From positions 2,735 to 66,734 of the forward strand of contig DKAX01000094.1 in NCBI GenBank assembly GCA_002450975.1: a stretch of 64,000 nt of DNA. The letters run 5' to 3'. Under the pieces are notes generated by a model, which was not told the origin of the DNA, did not search any database, and saw nothing but the letters and a program-made list of their open reading frames with translations. A program made the position numbers and the translations under genes. This document shows, in pieces, positions 48,132 to 57,518 of this stretch. The DNA comes from Proteobacteria bacterium UBA6915 (lineage in GTDB: Bacteria > Pseudomonadota > Gammaproteobacteria > UBA6915). How positions within the stretch are numbered: position 1 is the stretch's first letter; the number at the start of each line of letters is the position of its first letter.

Positions 48132-48998
48132 GTGACGCTACAGGCCCACTTCAGTCAAGCAATTCAACTCACTCTTCAATCTCCCCAAAAACTCTATCGA
48201 TATCTCTGGATTATTATTCTGGTTTCGGGTGCGACTATTGCCCTCCATCAATTTATCCATGGCAACGGTTCAATGCTAGACCTGTTGGAGCATGCACTGT
48301 TAATTGGGGTTTGTTACTGTCTCGGCGTAATATTGCTAGAACACACTATTTTTTCCCTGTTTGGTAAATTCCGTACGTTTAAATTATCCGTTGTGCGAGT
48401 TTGGCAGTTTTCCCTTCTTATACTCATCCTGGGCTATCTGGCGTTGATTCCCTACAGCCATACAGAAACTTTCACACAGCTTCACCTGCAACTGGACCTC
48501 ACCGATCCTATCTACAGCTTTTTCAAGTTTCTACCCATTTGGGTGATACTAACAGCCCTATTGGTACAAATGGCGTTAACCGTTAATCCAGGAAAAGACC
48601 AACCCAATAGCCCAAAACGTTTAATGCTAGACTCTATAACACTGGAAAGTCAAAACGGTCCGGTGAAAATCGACATGGATCAGATCGTCTACATACAGGT
48701 TGTGGAGCATTACTGCCACATTCATCTGCACACACCTATGAGTCGAAAGAACCGCCTGGTGATCCACAGTTCGCTGTCCGCGCTGGACAGTCAGCTGTCA
48801 AAAGACAGTTTCGTGCGCATACATCGCTCATATGTGGTCAATCGGGAATATATCAAAAGTATAAAAAGACATGGACGCGATTATCGACTCTTGCTAAGCC
48901 ATGCCGAAAACCAACTACCCGTTAGCAGGGGAAATATTGAGACGGTATACACCCTATTAAATAACTATGGAACCTGTAATTCGCGACAAGGCCATTGA
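48132..48998 (+). CDS. Membrane-anchored LytTR DNA-binding domain protein
   Basis: 288 aa with a GTG start (uncertain) and 4 N-terminal TM helices. C-terminal LytTR pattern: IVYIQVVEHYCHIHL...FVRIHRSYVVNREYIKSI...LPVSRG. Confidence 0.78.
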   Translation: MTLQAHFSQAIQLTLQSPQKLYRYLWIIILVSGATIALHQFIHGNGSMLDLLEHALLIGVCYCLGVILLEHTIFSLFGKFRTFKLSVVRVWQFSLLILILGYLALIPYSHTETFTQLHLQLDLTDPIYSFFKFLPIWVILTALLVQMALTVNPGKDQPNSPKRLMLDSITLESQNGPVKIDMDQIVYIQVVEHYCHIHLHTPMSRKNRLVIHSSLSALDSQLSKDSFVRIHRSYVVNREYIKSIKRHGRDYRLLLSHAENQLPVSRGNIETVYTLLNNYGTCNSRQGH

Positions 48999-49077
48999 TA
49001 GAAAAATCACGCCAACACACTTCTGCCACCGCGCCCGCCAGAGCTACCGCGCTCGGGACGCAAAGAGCGATTTTGTG

Positions 49078-49710
49078 TCAGGTTTTTTTTGTAAAGTAGG
49101 TGTATTCGCCTTTCTTGCCCTTGAATTTAACTTTATCGACTACGTTAAAACCGGTCTTCTCCAGGGCCAATGCGATCTGTGTATTGGTCAACAGGCTCAT
49201 TTTAGGCAAGAGTCCGACAGTCCCGGCAAGACGGATGATACCACCGCCGATTTTGCTACCCTCACCCAGGCAGGCCGTTTCAAAGATAAACAAACCTCCC
49301 GGTTTCAGTAGGCTGTGTATGCGTTTGAATACCGCCTCGATATCCTCGAAAAAGTGCAAGACATAAAATGCCATCACCATATCGAAGCTGCCTGGCTGGA
49401 AACGCGTATCGAACACCGATGTCTTGACGAAGTTGACGTTATCGACCTGGCGTTCAGCGGTGCGCTGCTCGGCAATGGTGAGTAATTTTTGCGAAATATC
49501 CACACCGGTGACCTGTTTCACATTGCCGGCCAGATCTAGGCACTGTGTGCCGGTACCGCAACCGATATCCAGCACCACGCTCTCTGCCGACAGATAGGGT
49601 TTGATATTTTCGATCTTGGTCCGGTACGCCGTCATATCCGCAATGGGGGAGGCGGCGTATCGGGATGCGATCAGATTCCAGAATTCTTCGGGCGATGTTC
49701 TAAAAAGCAT
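49078..49710 (-). CDS. Class I SAM-dependent methyltransferase
   Basis: 210 aa with motif I VLDIGCGTG. Confidence 0.8.
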   Translation of the reverse strand: MLFRTSPEEFWNLIASRYAASPIADMTAYRTKIENIKPYLSAESVVLDIGCGTGTQCLDLAGNVKQVTGVDISQKLLTIAEQRTAERQVDNVNFVKTSVFDTRFQPGSFDMVMAFYVLHFFEDIEAVFKRIHSLLKPGGLFIFETACLGEGSKIGGGIIRLAGTVGLLPKMSLLTNTQIALALEKTGFNVVDKVKFKGKKGEYTYFTKKT

Positions 49711-50095
49711 ATTCGTGTGATAGGTGGCGAGTTGGAGTGAGGGTTCTAATTGAAAACTTTTAATATATTAGCCCAGGTACGGCTAGGCGGAAACAAATAA
49801 AGCGTTGCTACGGGTTTGGTTGTCTTGGTAAAAAATCCAACCGGGAACCTTGGTCGTCTGATATATGGCGACTAAATGAACCTCTTCTTCGTGGCTAGAT
49901 GGAATAATTCTTAGCCGAAATTGATGCCTTGTATTCTCAGGGTCCGCATAAACAAATCTGCATCGATATGGTGTTCCGTTAGGATGATCCGCTACTTGTC
50001 GGCAACCTGGCTAGAGGACTAGGTAAAGTGTAAAGCATCGCCACTGGTCTGTTTAGGTGTGCCGAGAGAGGCTAACGGCCTGTTTTGTTGGCTGC

Positions 50096-50275
50096 TACGT
50101 AAAGAGTTATGGTATGTGTCTGGCTACGTACTCAGTTGGGCAGCGTAATATACCGGTACGGTGGTGTGGTCGTTACGTATGGCGACTGTTTGGTAGCTTT
50201 CCGTATATAGGTTAGAAATTCCTCAATGACCAGTCTGAACTGGCGAAGGCTAGTGCGTACCACGGTAATTACGTA
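50096..50275. repeat. Cluster of four TACGTA palindromes (YTACGTA) in the ORF-free region
   Basis: Exact TACGTA at 50096-50101, 50125-50130, 50174-50179 and 50270-50275. Confidence 0.9.
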
Positions 50276-50481
50276 TTAGAAGAGAATTTAACAGAGTTTT
50301 TAACCTTCAGTACAAGGCTAAAAGCTGCTTGTTTTATTTGTTCTTCAGAAGGAATAACATAAATTTATTAGATGCATCTCAGTGCTTGGATGGTCTCAGA
50401 TAGATTGCCTTCTCGCAAGCCATGCAGCCCAGGTGCTGTGTGTGTATGGATCTGCCCACATCGACATCAAGGAGGTGTCCC

Positions 50482-53115
50482 ATGAAACTAAAGAATATTT
50501 TTCTACTTTTGTCGGTAATTATTCTGTTTTTTCTGCAAGGCTGTTCGTGTTCGCCCCTGACCTCATTTCAGCCCAATGTTCCCGAAGGTGGTCGCGCCGT
50601 ATCGATTACCGTCAAACCGGGCGATGTCACGCGCATGCTGGTGGCGTCGGAAACCGGCGGTGTATTTCGTACCTCTGACGGTGGTACCACGTGGCAACAC
50701 ATCGATGCCCTGCCCAGTTACTATGTCTACGACATCGCCTATGCACCGAACGATGCCAATGTCGTGATTGCGGTCACGCGTCAGGACTATAAGATAGGTA
50801 ATAGCGGCATCTGGCGCAGCAGCAATGGCGGTACGAGCTGGACACAACCGACCAACGCCACACCAGCCGTCAGTACACGCTGTCCCGAACATGTCAGTGC
50901 CTACGCGGTCTCCTTCGAGCCAGGCTCCAACAATGTCTATGTTGGCACCGATTGCGGCGTGGCCAAGAGTACCGACAAGGGCTTAACCTGGACCCACATC
51001 GTTCCCGACTCCAGCACCGCCGTCAACGCGACGCGCACGCAAAATCGTGTGTGGGATGTGCTGGCGCAAAGCGGTGGCCGTATCAATATCGCCGCCGACG
51101 ATGGCGTGTTCTATTCCACTGATGGTGGTGGTTCCTGGCAACGCAATGTCAGCGGACCCTCGGTCGGGCAGGGCGGCGTAATCCATGCCTTGGCCGCCTC
51201 GCCGCTGAGTGCCTCACACCTGTTTCTGGTTGCCGGCGGCAATCACATATACGGCAGTACCGACGGCGGTGCCCACTGGAACCAGATCAACTCCACTTCG
51301 GTGAACAATCGCCAGGCCTTTGTGCGTGTGGCGACATTGGCACTTGGGGTAACCAATCAGTTTATGGTCTATTTCGGTGACGGCGTGAACATGTACCGCC
51401 AGACGTTTACCCATCACGCCTCCGGGCCGGTGGGTGCTGGCTCCTGGACTCAGCTCACCGTAGACCATGCCGACCCGGCCGATATCGCCTTTGGTACTTT
51501 TGGCAATCCTATCCTGTTGGCCACCGATGGTGGCGTGCACAAGACCACGGACAATGGCTCGCACTGGACACTGGCGGGAGGCGGTACCGGCGGCTTCAAT
51601 GCGCTGCAAATCACCGAGGTGATCGGCCAGAGTGTGTTGTCATCGGCGGACGTTGCCGCGCATCAAGACTATTACTACGGCACGCAGGACAATTATATCT
51701 ACGTCTCCCCTGACGGTGGCAGCACCTGGCCCAATCGCATCTGTTGTGAAGGCTTCTTTCTGCGCGTACCACCGCTAAGCATCGGCCACCAGCACTCGCA
51801 GGTTACCGGTGTGACTTGTGGCGCCTGTTACAATTTCCTGTCCGAGGCACATCTGCAAAACAAGGTTGCTTGGCACAACCCTGCCGATGGTGACACGATT
51901 TCCGGTGACATCGACGGTAATCCGTTCTATATCAAAAACGGTCACTACATCCAAAATACCATTAACAATGACACCAGTCCGAATGTTAACCGCTTCAAGC
52001 TGACCCAGGACACCGGTAGCACCTGGACCACAAAATTCGATATCAATGTCAACATCACCAGTCGTCCTCTCATTGCCGCCCCCGGCGGTGTCGCCACTAT
52101 CTACCAAGGGGTCAGGCACAACGGTGTCAACGCCGACGGAATCAGACGCCTGGGTTTGTACAAGATCAGCAATCTGTATGGTCCCGGGGCACCGGTGATC
52201 GACGATGCCGACGTCAACTATCTGGGCAGTCTTGGCTATCTGCCCACCATGTTCGCCTGGTATACCGTGTTCGGTGTCGACCCGGCAGATCCCGATCACC
52301 TGATCGCCGTCGATGTGGAGACCGACGAGGTGAAGTACTCCTATGACGGAGGTCAGAACTGGTTCGTCAATAATCAACTGACCAATCTGGTGACCGGCGG
52401 TGGTGCCTATCGTTTTCGCATCAAGAACAAGGACCGCGCATTTCCTTTGATCAGCGTTATAGCCTTCGATCCGGCCAACACATGCCACGTGCTCGCTGGT
52501 ACCATGCAAAATGGTATCTTCCGGTCCAGTGACGGCGGCGCCACCTGGTCGCAGGTGGAAAAGTCACGCAAGGCGACCTACATCACTTCGTTTTATTTCC
52601 CGTCTACTGGCAAGATCGTTGTCTCCACCTATGGTCGAGGTCTGTGGAAGCTAGAACGTCAGACCGGCGGTACCTGCCCTCAACCGGAGTTGACACCAGT
52701 ACCGATTCCCGGCGCCCGTGTTTGGGAGGTAGCCACTGGTACTGACCGCGCATTCAAAGGATTGGATGACGAGGTAATCTGTGTGAACTGCAATCTGCTC
52801 ATCGTAAAGAACGGACAGATTACCGACTTCGATCTCGAACAGCAGCAACTGAAAAGCCTGGCCATCTCCGGCGGCAGCCTCTTTCAGTATGATAAACAGG
52901 GAAAAGAGGTACCGCTCTACCTGAGTAATAAATATCAGAATCGTGTGTTGGAAAAACCACTGCTTGGTCGACTGTCAGATAAGCTGGCGCAGTTGGACAG
53001 ACGCAAGGAAAAGGTGCGCGGACTGATCGTCAAAGAAGGGCAGGTGGTCGCTGTGGTCACATCGCTTAACGAACTGGCAATACAAACCAGTCGCACACGA
53101 GTGTGCGTGTCCTGA
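50482..53115 (+). CDS. BNR/Asp-box repeat (sortilin/Ycf48-like beta-propeller) lipoprotein
   Basis: ATG at 50482 follows AAGGAGG. Lipobox FLQGC. At least 10 Asp-box motifs SxDxGxTW (SDGGTTWQH, SNGGTSWTQ, STDKGLTWTH, STDGGGSWQR, STDGGAHWNQ, TTDNGSHWTL, SPDGGSTWPN, SYDGGQNWFV, SSDGGATWSQ). Confidence 0.85.
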   Translation: MKLKNIFLLLSVIILFFLQGCSCSPLTSFQPNVPEGGRAVSITVKPGDVTRMLVASETGGVFRTSDGGTTWQHIDALPSYYVYDIAYAPNDANVVIAVTRQDYKIGNSGIWRSSNGGTSWTQPTNATPAVSTRCPEHVSAYAVSFEPGSNNVYVGTDCGVAKSTDKGLTWTHIVPDSSTAVNATRTQNRVWDVLAQSGGRINIAADDGVFYSTDGGGSWQRNVSGPSVGQGGVIHALAASPLSASHLFLVAGGNHIYGSTDGGAHWNQINSTSVNNRQAFVRVATLALGVTNQFMVYFGDGVNMYRQTFTHHASGPVGAGSWTQLTVDHADPADIAFGTFGNPILLATDGGVHKTTDNGSHWTLAGGGTGGFNALQITEVIGQSVLSSADVAAHQDYYYGTQDNYIYVSPDGGSTWPNRICCEGFFLRVPPLSIGHQHSQVTGVTCGACYNFLSEAHLQNKVAWHNPADGDTISGDIDGNPFYIKNGHYIQNTINNDTSPNVNRFKLTQDTGSTWTTKFDINVNITSRPLIAAPGGVATIYQGVRHNGVNADGIRRLGLYKISNLYGPGAPVIDDADVNYLGSLGYLPTMFAWYTVFGVDPADPDHLIAVDVETDEVKYSYDGGQNWFVNNQLTNLVTGGGAYRFRIKNKDRAFPLISVIAFDPANTCHVLAGTMQNGIFRSSDGGATWSQVEKSRKATYITSFYFPSTGKIVVSTYGRGLWKLERQTGGTCPQPELTPVPIPGARVWEVATGTDRAFKGLDDEVICVNCNLLIVKNGQITDFDLEQQQLKSLAISGGSLFQYDKQGKEVPLYLSNKYQNRVLEKPLLGRLSDKLAQLDRRKEKVRGLIVKEGQVVAVVTSLNELAIQTSRTRVCVS

Positions 53116-53420
53116 GTAACGACATGACCAGCAGTTTCGCCCGCGCCGGTAGCGGTGACAAGGTCACCATATACGGTCAGGGCTTCATCCGCAGTGATGG
53201 TCGTGATGCGCCTTTGTCCATCCGTATTGGTGACAGACAGTTGGCGGACCAGGTCAAGGTCGACGCCGAAGGTAATTTCAAACACGAGATCCTTGTTGAC
53301 CTGGCGTCTGGAGAGTACCTGATCATTGTCGAACAACAGGACGGCAAGCGACTCACACAAGGCAGCGACTATTTGGTTGTTGTTCCGAGCGATGAGTTCG
53401 AAAAGCGCGACAAGCGCTAA
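53103..53420 (+). CDS. Ig-like (IPT/TIG-type) beta-sandwich ORF, possibly the frameshifted C-terminus of the BNR gene
   Basis: 105 aa with a GTG start and no visible SD. It overlaps the BNR stop by 13 nt. GDKVTIYGQGF...GEYLIIVEQQDG is an Ig-fold-like pattern. Confidence 0.5.
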   Translation: MRVLSNDMTSSFARAGSGDKVTIYGQGFIRSDGRDAPLSIRIGDRQLADQVKVDAEGNFKHEILVDLASGEYLIIVEQQDGKRLTQGSDYLVVVPSDEFEKRDKR

Positions 53421-53531
53421 CTAGACAACACGCTTAACACGGCCAATAGCAGCAACAAGACATTCGTTGCCCGGAATGCATGCAGTGCAGGCGTTGAATA
53501 ATTCGAGTTCGTCACCATTGCTTAACACCAA

Positions 53532-53567
53532 TAAAAAAGGCCCGGATCAACACTGTTGATCCGGGCC
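53532..53567 (-). terminator. Rho-independent terminator of the csp gene
   Basis: 13-bp stem GGCCCGGATCAAC / GTTGATCCGGGCC with a 3-nt loop, followed on the minus strand by T6. Confidence 0.9.
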
Positions 53568-53603
53568 CAGGCTCTAAAACCGCAGCGCCCGCAGGCGCAG
53601 GGG

Positions 53604-53807
53604 TTAGGCAGGGACTACGTTAGCTGCAGACGGACCTTTGGGACCCTTCTGAATATCAAAGCTTACCCGTTGACCTTCGGTGAGCGTGGCGTAGCCATCG
53701 CTTTTAATGGCGGAGTGATGTACGAAGACATCTTTGCTACCGTCTTCCGGGGAGATAAAACCAAAACCTTTTGCGGCGTCAAACCACTTTACGATACCAG
53801 TATTCAC
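53604..53807 (-). CDS. CspA-family cold-shock protein
   Basis: 67 aa. [31 protein letters not shown] contains the RNP1/RNP2 motifs. The start is GTG. Confidence 0.92.
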   Translation of the reverse strand: MNTGIVKWFDAAKGFGFISPEDGSKDVFVHHSAIKSDGYATLTEGQRVSFDIQKGPKGPSAANVVPA

Positions 53808-54251
53808 TATTTAACTTTTCCTAATTTGAAATATAACGAATGTGTACTTAAGGGCCACAAAGGGGAAAATGGTGGAGGTAACCGAGAGAGGTGAGATCCA
53901 GGCATTCAGCCTTTCATGACGATCCGTTCACATACTTAGTCTTGTTCATCAGGTGAAAACCATCCGAACGCGGACTGAGACAATACTAGACCATTAAGTT
54001 CCAATAAGCCCGAACTATTTCAGCTAATTCGCGCTTTTTTGTGAAAAAACTGACTTTTAGGGGACCATAATCCCTAAAATAGGGCTGAGGGGACCAGAAA
54101 AAGCGGGCTTTGCTCCAGCGGCTACTGTTTTCGTGCGGAAGGCAAAAAGGCATAAGTCGTTGATTCCGGCCTTTGGCGACAGGGCGGCAGCCCACCACGC
54201 GAAGCGCAGCGAGACACCGGCAGCTTTGCACCTGGCCACGAGTACCAGCCC

Positions 54252-54815
54252 CTAATCGCAGTATTGCCTGAGTAGATCATTGGTCAGCGCCAAATCGAAT
54301 TCCGTCGGATCAAAACCACCACCGCACCACTCGAGTAACTCTGCATGTTGCGGGTGTGAGGGGTCTGCAACAGCCTCCAGAAATGCCTCATAACCCGGCG
54401 GACCACCGACATCCTCCAGCGGACAGGCGTTCTCACCCTCCAGGCACAGCGGTAATACAGCCTCGGTGGTGAACGGCAAAATTTTCTCCAGCAGCACCTC
54501 ATGTTCCCAACTGTCACCAAAATCATAGACGTAGTGCAATGACTCCTTTTCCTGCTTCACAACCCGGTCCAGCCGGTGCTCGATCTCATCGTGAACATCC
54601 GCAGGAAACTCCCGATCGGGAACGCCATAGCGCTTCTTGTCTGCTGCGAATTCGTGTGAATGCGCATTGGTCCAGCCCATGACGAGCTGCAACGCAATAT
54701 GCAGATCTTCCAGCGTATCGGTGCTGGCGACCTGAAAGCGGCGCCAGACAGGGGGCGTTACCTGATGCAGCGTAACCTTGAATTGATAGATAGAGCGTAG
54801 CGATCGGACAACCAT
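54252..54815 (-). CDS. pRiA4b ORF-3-like (PF07929-type) family protein
   Basis: YQFKVTLHQVTPPVWRRFQVASTDTLEDLHIALQLVMGWTNAHSHEF is the family hallmark. ATG at 54815 is chosen over the TTG at 54863. Confidence 0.75.
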   Translation of the reverse strand: MVVRSLRSIYQFKVTLHQVTPPVWRRFQVASTDTLEDLHIALQLVMGWTNAHSHEFAADKKRYGVPDREFPADVHDEIEHRLDRVVKQEKESLHYVYDFGDSWEHEVLLEKILPFTTEAVLPLCLEGENACPLEDVGGPPGYEAFLEAVADPSHPQHAELLEWCGGGFDPTEFDLALTNDLLRQYCD

Positions 54816-54905
54816 ATAGTATTCGTCGAGAGGATAGAGGTTAGTATGATAAAGGTTTATCAACTAATGGTCACAACATTGTACTTTGTGTGCAGTCTGT
54901 AGCGT

Positions 54906-54978
54906 GTAGCCCGGCAAGAGCGGTAGCGGAATCCGGGAAACAACCCTCTGGATTTTACGATGTTGCATTCGGGCTACA
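54906..54978. repeat. REP-like extended palindromic element
   Basis: 9-bp inverted repeat TGTAGCCCG (54906-54914) / CGGGCTACA (54970-54978). It encloses an inner AATCCGGG...CTGGATT palindrome. Confidence 0.5.
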
Positions 54979-55081
54979 GGGTTGAACTAGGGATGTCCCG
55001 ATGGGCCTCAATACAGTTTTTCCATCCGCACAACCGCTTCTGCCCTATACTACACATTCCAGCAACAGCCCCGAGCTATCG

Positions 55082-56356
55082 ATGACCCAAATGAATTTCT
55101 CCAGCCTGCCCCTGTCCGCCGAGCTGCTCGAAAACATCGCCGCCATCGGCTATGAAAAGATGACCCCTATCCAGGCCCAAAGCCTGCCGATTATCTTGCA
55201 GGGCAGGGACTTACTGGCCCAGGCCCAAACCGGCAGCGGCAAGACCGCCGCCTTTGGTATCGGCCTGCTACACAAGCTGATCGCACGCGCCAACCAGACC
55301 CAGGCGCTGGTGCTGTGCCCCACGCGCGAACTGGCCGATCAGGTCAGCAAGGAGCTGCGCCGCCTGGCACGGGCCATTCCTAATACCCGCATCCTCACCC
55401 TGTGTGGTGGCAGCCCCATCAAGGCGCAATACGCCTCCCTGGAACAGCCGCCCCATATCGTGGTCGGCACTCCCGGTCGTATCCTGAAACACCTGGAAAA
55501 GGGCAGCCTGCAGATTCTGAATCTCAATCTGTTGGTGCTGGACGAGGCCGATCGCATGCTGGACTTGGGATTTATCAAAGATATTCGTTTCCTGTTTCGG
55601 CGCATGCCCCATCCCGACAAACGTCTGAGCATGCTCTATTCAGCCACGCTGCCACTGCGCGTGACGGAATTGGCCTATGAACACATGAACAACCCGCAAC
55701 AGGTGGCAGTGGACACAGGCAAGGTCACCGCACATCGCATAACGGAGCAGGTCTATTACGTCTCCAATCCGGAAAAAATCCCCGTTTTGATCGGCTTACT
55801 GTCCAACCTGGAGATCACACGCTGCATTATATTCGTCAATACCAAACATGTAGCTGAGAAGGTTTGCGGCTACCTGCGCGGCAACGGATTCAATGCCGAT
55901 GTCCTGTCCGGCGATGTACAACAAAAAAAGCGCCAGAGCATCCTCAATCGCTTTACCCAAGGCGAACTACCCATCATCGTCGCCACCGACGTGGCTGCGC
56001 GTGGCATTCACGTCGACGAGGTCAGTCATGTCATTAATTATGACCTGCCGGAAGATGCCGAGGATTATGTCCACCGCATCGGACGCACCGCACGGGCCGG
56101 CGCATCAGGATCCGCCATCAGCCTCGCCTGCGAAACCTATTCTTTTTCGTTGCCTGAGATTGAGAGTTATATCGGTTATAAACTCAATGGCAGCACACCG
56201 CCACCGGAGCTGTTAGCTGCGGAGATCAAACCACCGGAAAAACGTCCGACGGACGGCACCAGACCCGCACGGCGCAACAATCCACGCAGCGGTAATAAAG
56301 GACGCGGTCGCCATTCTGGCCACGGCGATCGCAACAAGCAGCGCAACCCCGGTTGA
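55082..56356 (+). CDS. DEAD-box ATP-dependent RNA helicase (RhlB-like C-terminal half, DbpA-like N-terminal half)
   Basis: Q-motif/motif I ([16 protein letters not shown]), PTRELA, DEAD (55541-55552), SAT, [10 protein letters not shown], and an Arg-rich tail. Start at MTQMNFSS is uncertain (55091 is also possible). Confidence 0.9.
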   Translation: [424 protein letters not shown]

Positions 56357-56357
56357 T

Positions 56358-57518
56358 CTACTGCTTGTCCGCAGAATAACAGATAACCCGATTCCTGCCA
56401 TTTTGCTTGGCGTGGTATAAACCCTTATCCGCCCACGCCAGTAACATTTTTTCCAGTTCCCCGGGCTCACAGTGAGGGACACTGCCCGCCACATGAGTGG
56501 CCACGCCTATGGACACCGTGACGCGCACAAAGTCCCCTTGCGATACCTGGAACATATGACCCTCAACGCAGCGGCGTATACGCTCAGCAACATCCAACAC
56601 CTCGCTGACATGGCAATCGGAAATGATAGCGACAAACTCTTCGCCGCCATAACGCGCCAACACATCACTGACCCGAAGCTGTGTTCGCATCAGGGCAGCA
56701 ACATCGCGCAATACCTGATCACCGACCTGGTGCCCATAGGTATCATTAATTTTCTTGAAAAAATCGACATCCAGCAATAGACAGGATACTGATCCCTGCT
56801 CGCGTTCGATGCGCAGTAGCTCATCATGAAAACGCCTATCGAAGAAACGCCTATTGCTCAACCCTGTCAGCGCATCGGTCAACCCGGCCAGTCTCAGACG
56901 CTCATTATTGATGGCGTTTTCCAGGCACACTGCAACAATCATGGCCAGGCGCTCGAGAAAATCGGTGGCGGTTCCGTTGACAAAGCGCTCCGCCCGGTGG
57001 CTGCCCAGGGCCAGACAGCCAATCAGCGTATCGCTACGCAATAACGGTAACAAGGCGATCGATTTTGGCTGCTCCGGAACCTGGGGGAAAAAACGCGCGA
57101 AACGCCCTTCAGTGAAGGCACCTAACAGGGGCTTAAGGTCAAAACCAAACAGAACCTCAAGATCATGGCTACGTTCATCGATAAAGGCCAACTGAGGCAG
57201 TTGCTCACGCCCAAAACCGGCATCCCCCAACATGCGCTGAATCTCATGGTCACCATCCATCAGGATCAGGGTCACCACATCCAGGTCAAAACTCTCTCGG
57301 TAGTCGTGTATAACTGTCTCTACCAGATTTGCCAGGTTACGTGCGCCAATCAAACGCAATTCCTGCGCCTGGAAACGGGCCAGTTTTTTTTCATTTTGCA
57401 CCGCCTGGTTGTAGTAATTACGTAATTCCAGGCGCAGTCGCTGGTTTTCAGCGATCAGGTCGACATCGCGTCTTTCGGTCTTTCGGTTGTTAATCCCGGT
57501 GTCACTGTAGCGGCTCAC
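56358..57518 (-). CDS. GAF-like sensor diguanylate cyclase (GGDEF)
   Basis: 386 aa with a GTG start overlapping the upstream gene by 17 nt. Coiled coil plus GAF/DUF484-like domain. I-site RVSD lies five residues before GGEEF. Confidence 0.88.
   Translation of the reverse strand: MSRYSDTGINNRKTERRDVDLIAENQRLRLELRNYYNQAVQNEKKLARFQAQELRLIGARNLANLVETVIHDYRESFDLDVVTLILMDGDHEIQRMLGDAGFGREQLPQLAFIDERSHDLEVLFGFDLKPLLGAFTEGRFARFFPQVPEQPKSIALLPLLRSDTLIGCLALGSHRAERFVNGTATDFLERLAMIVAVCLENAINNERLRLAGLTDALTGLSNRRFFDRRFHDELLRIEREQGSVSCLLLDVDFFKKINDTYGHQVGDQVLRDVAALMRTQLRVSDVLARYGGEEFVAIISDCHVSEVLDVAERIRRCVEGHMFQVSQGDFVRVTVSIGVATHVAGSVPHCEPGELEKMLLAWADKGLYHAKQNGRNRVICYSADKQ

Noticed and set aside
51775-52509. 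244-aa ORF antisense to the BNR gene
   Set aside because: Shadow ORF. The sense strand carries repeated Asp-box motifs.
53808-54251. 81-aa and 60-aa minus-strand ORFs between csp and the pRiA4b-like gene
   Set aside because: They have no RBS, a Cys/Arg/Trp-rich composition, and overlap each other. The region is more likely the long csp 5' leader and promoter plus non-coding DNA.
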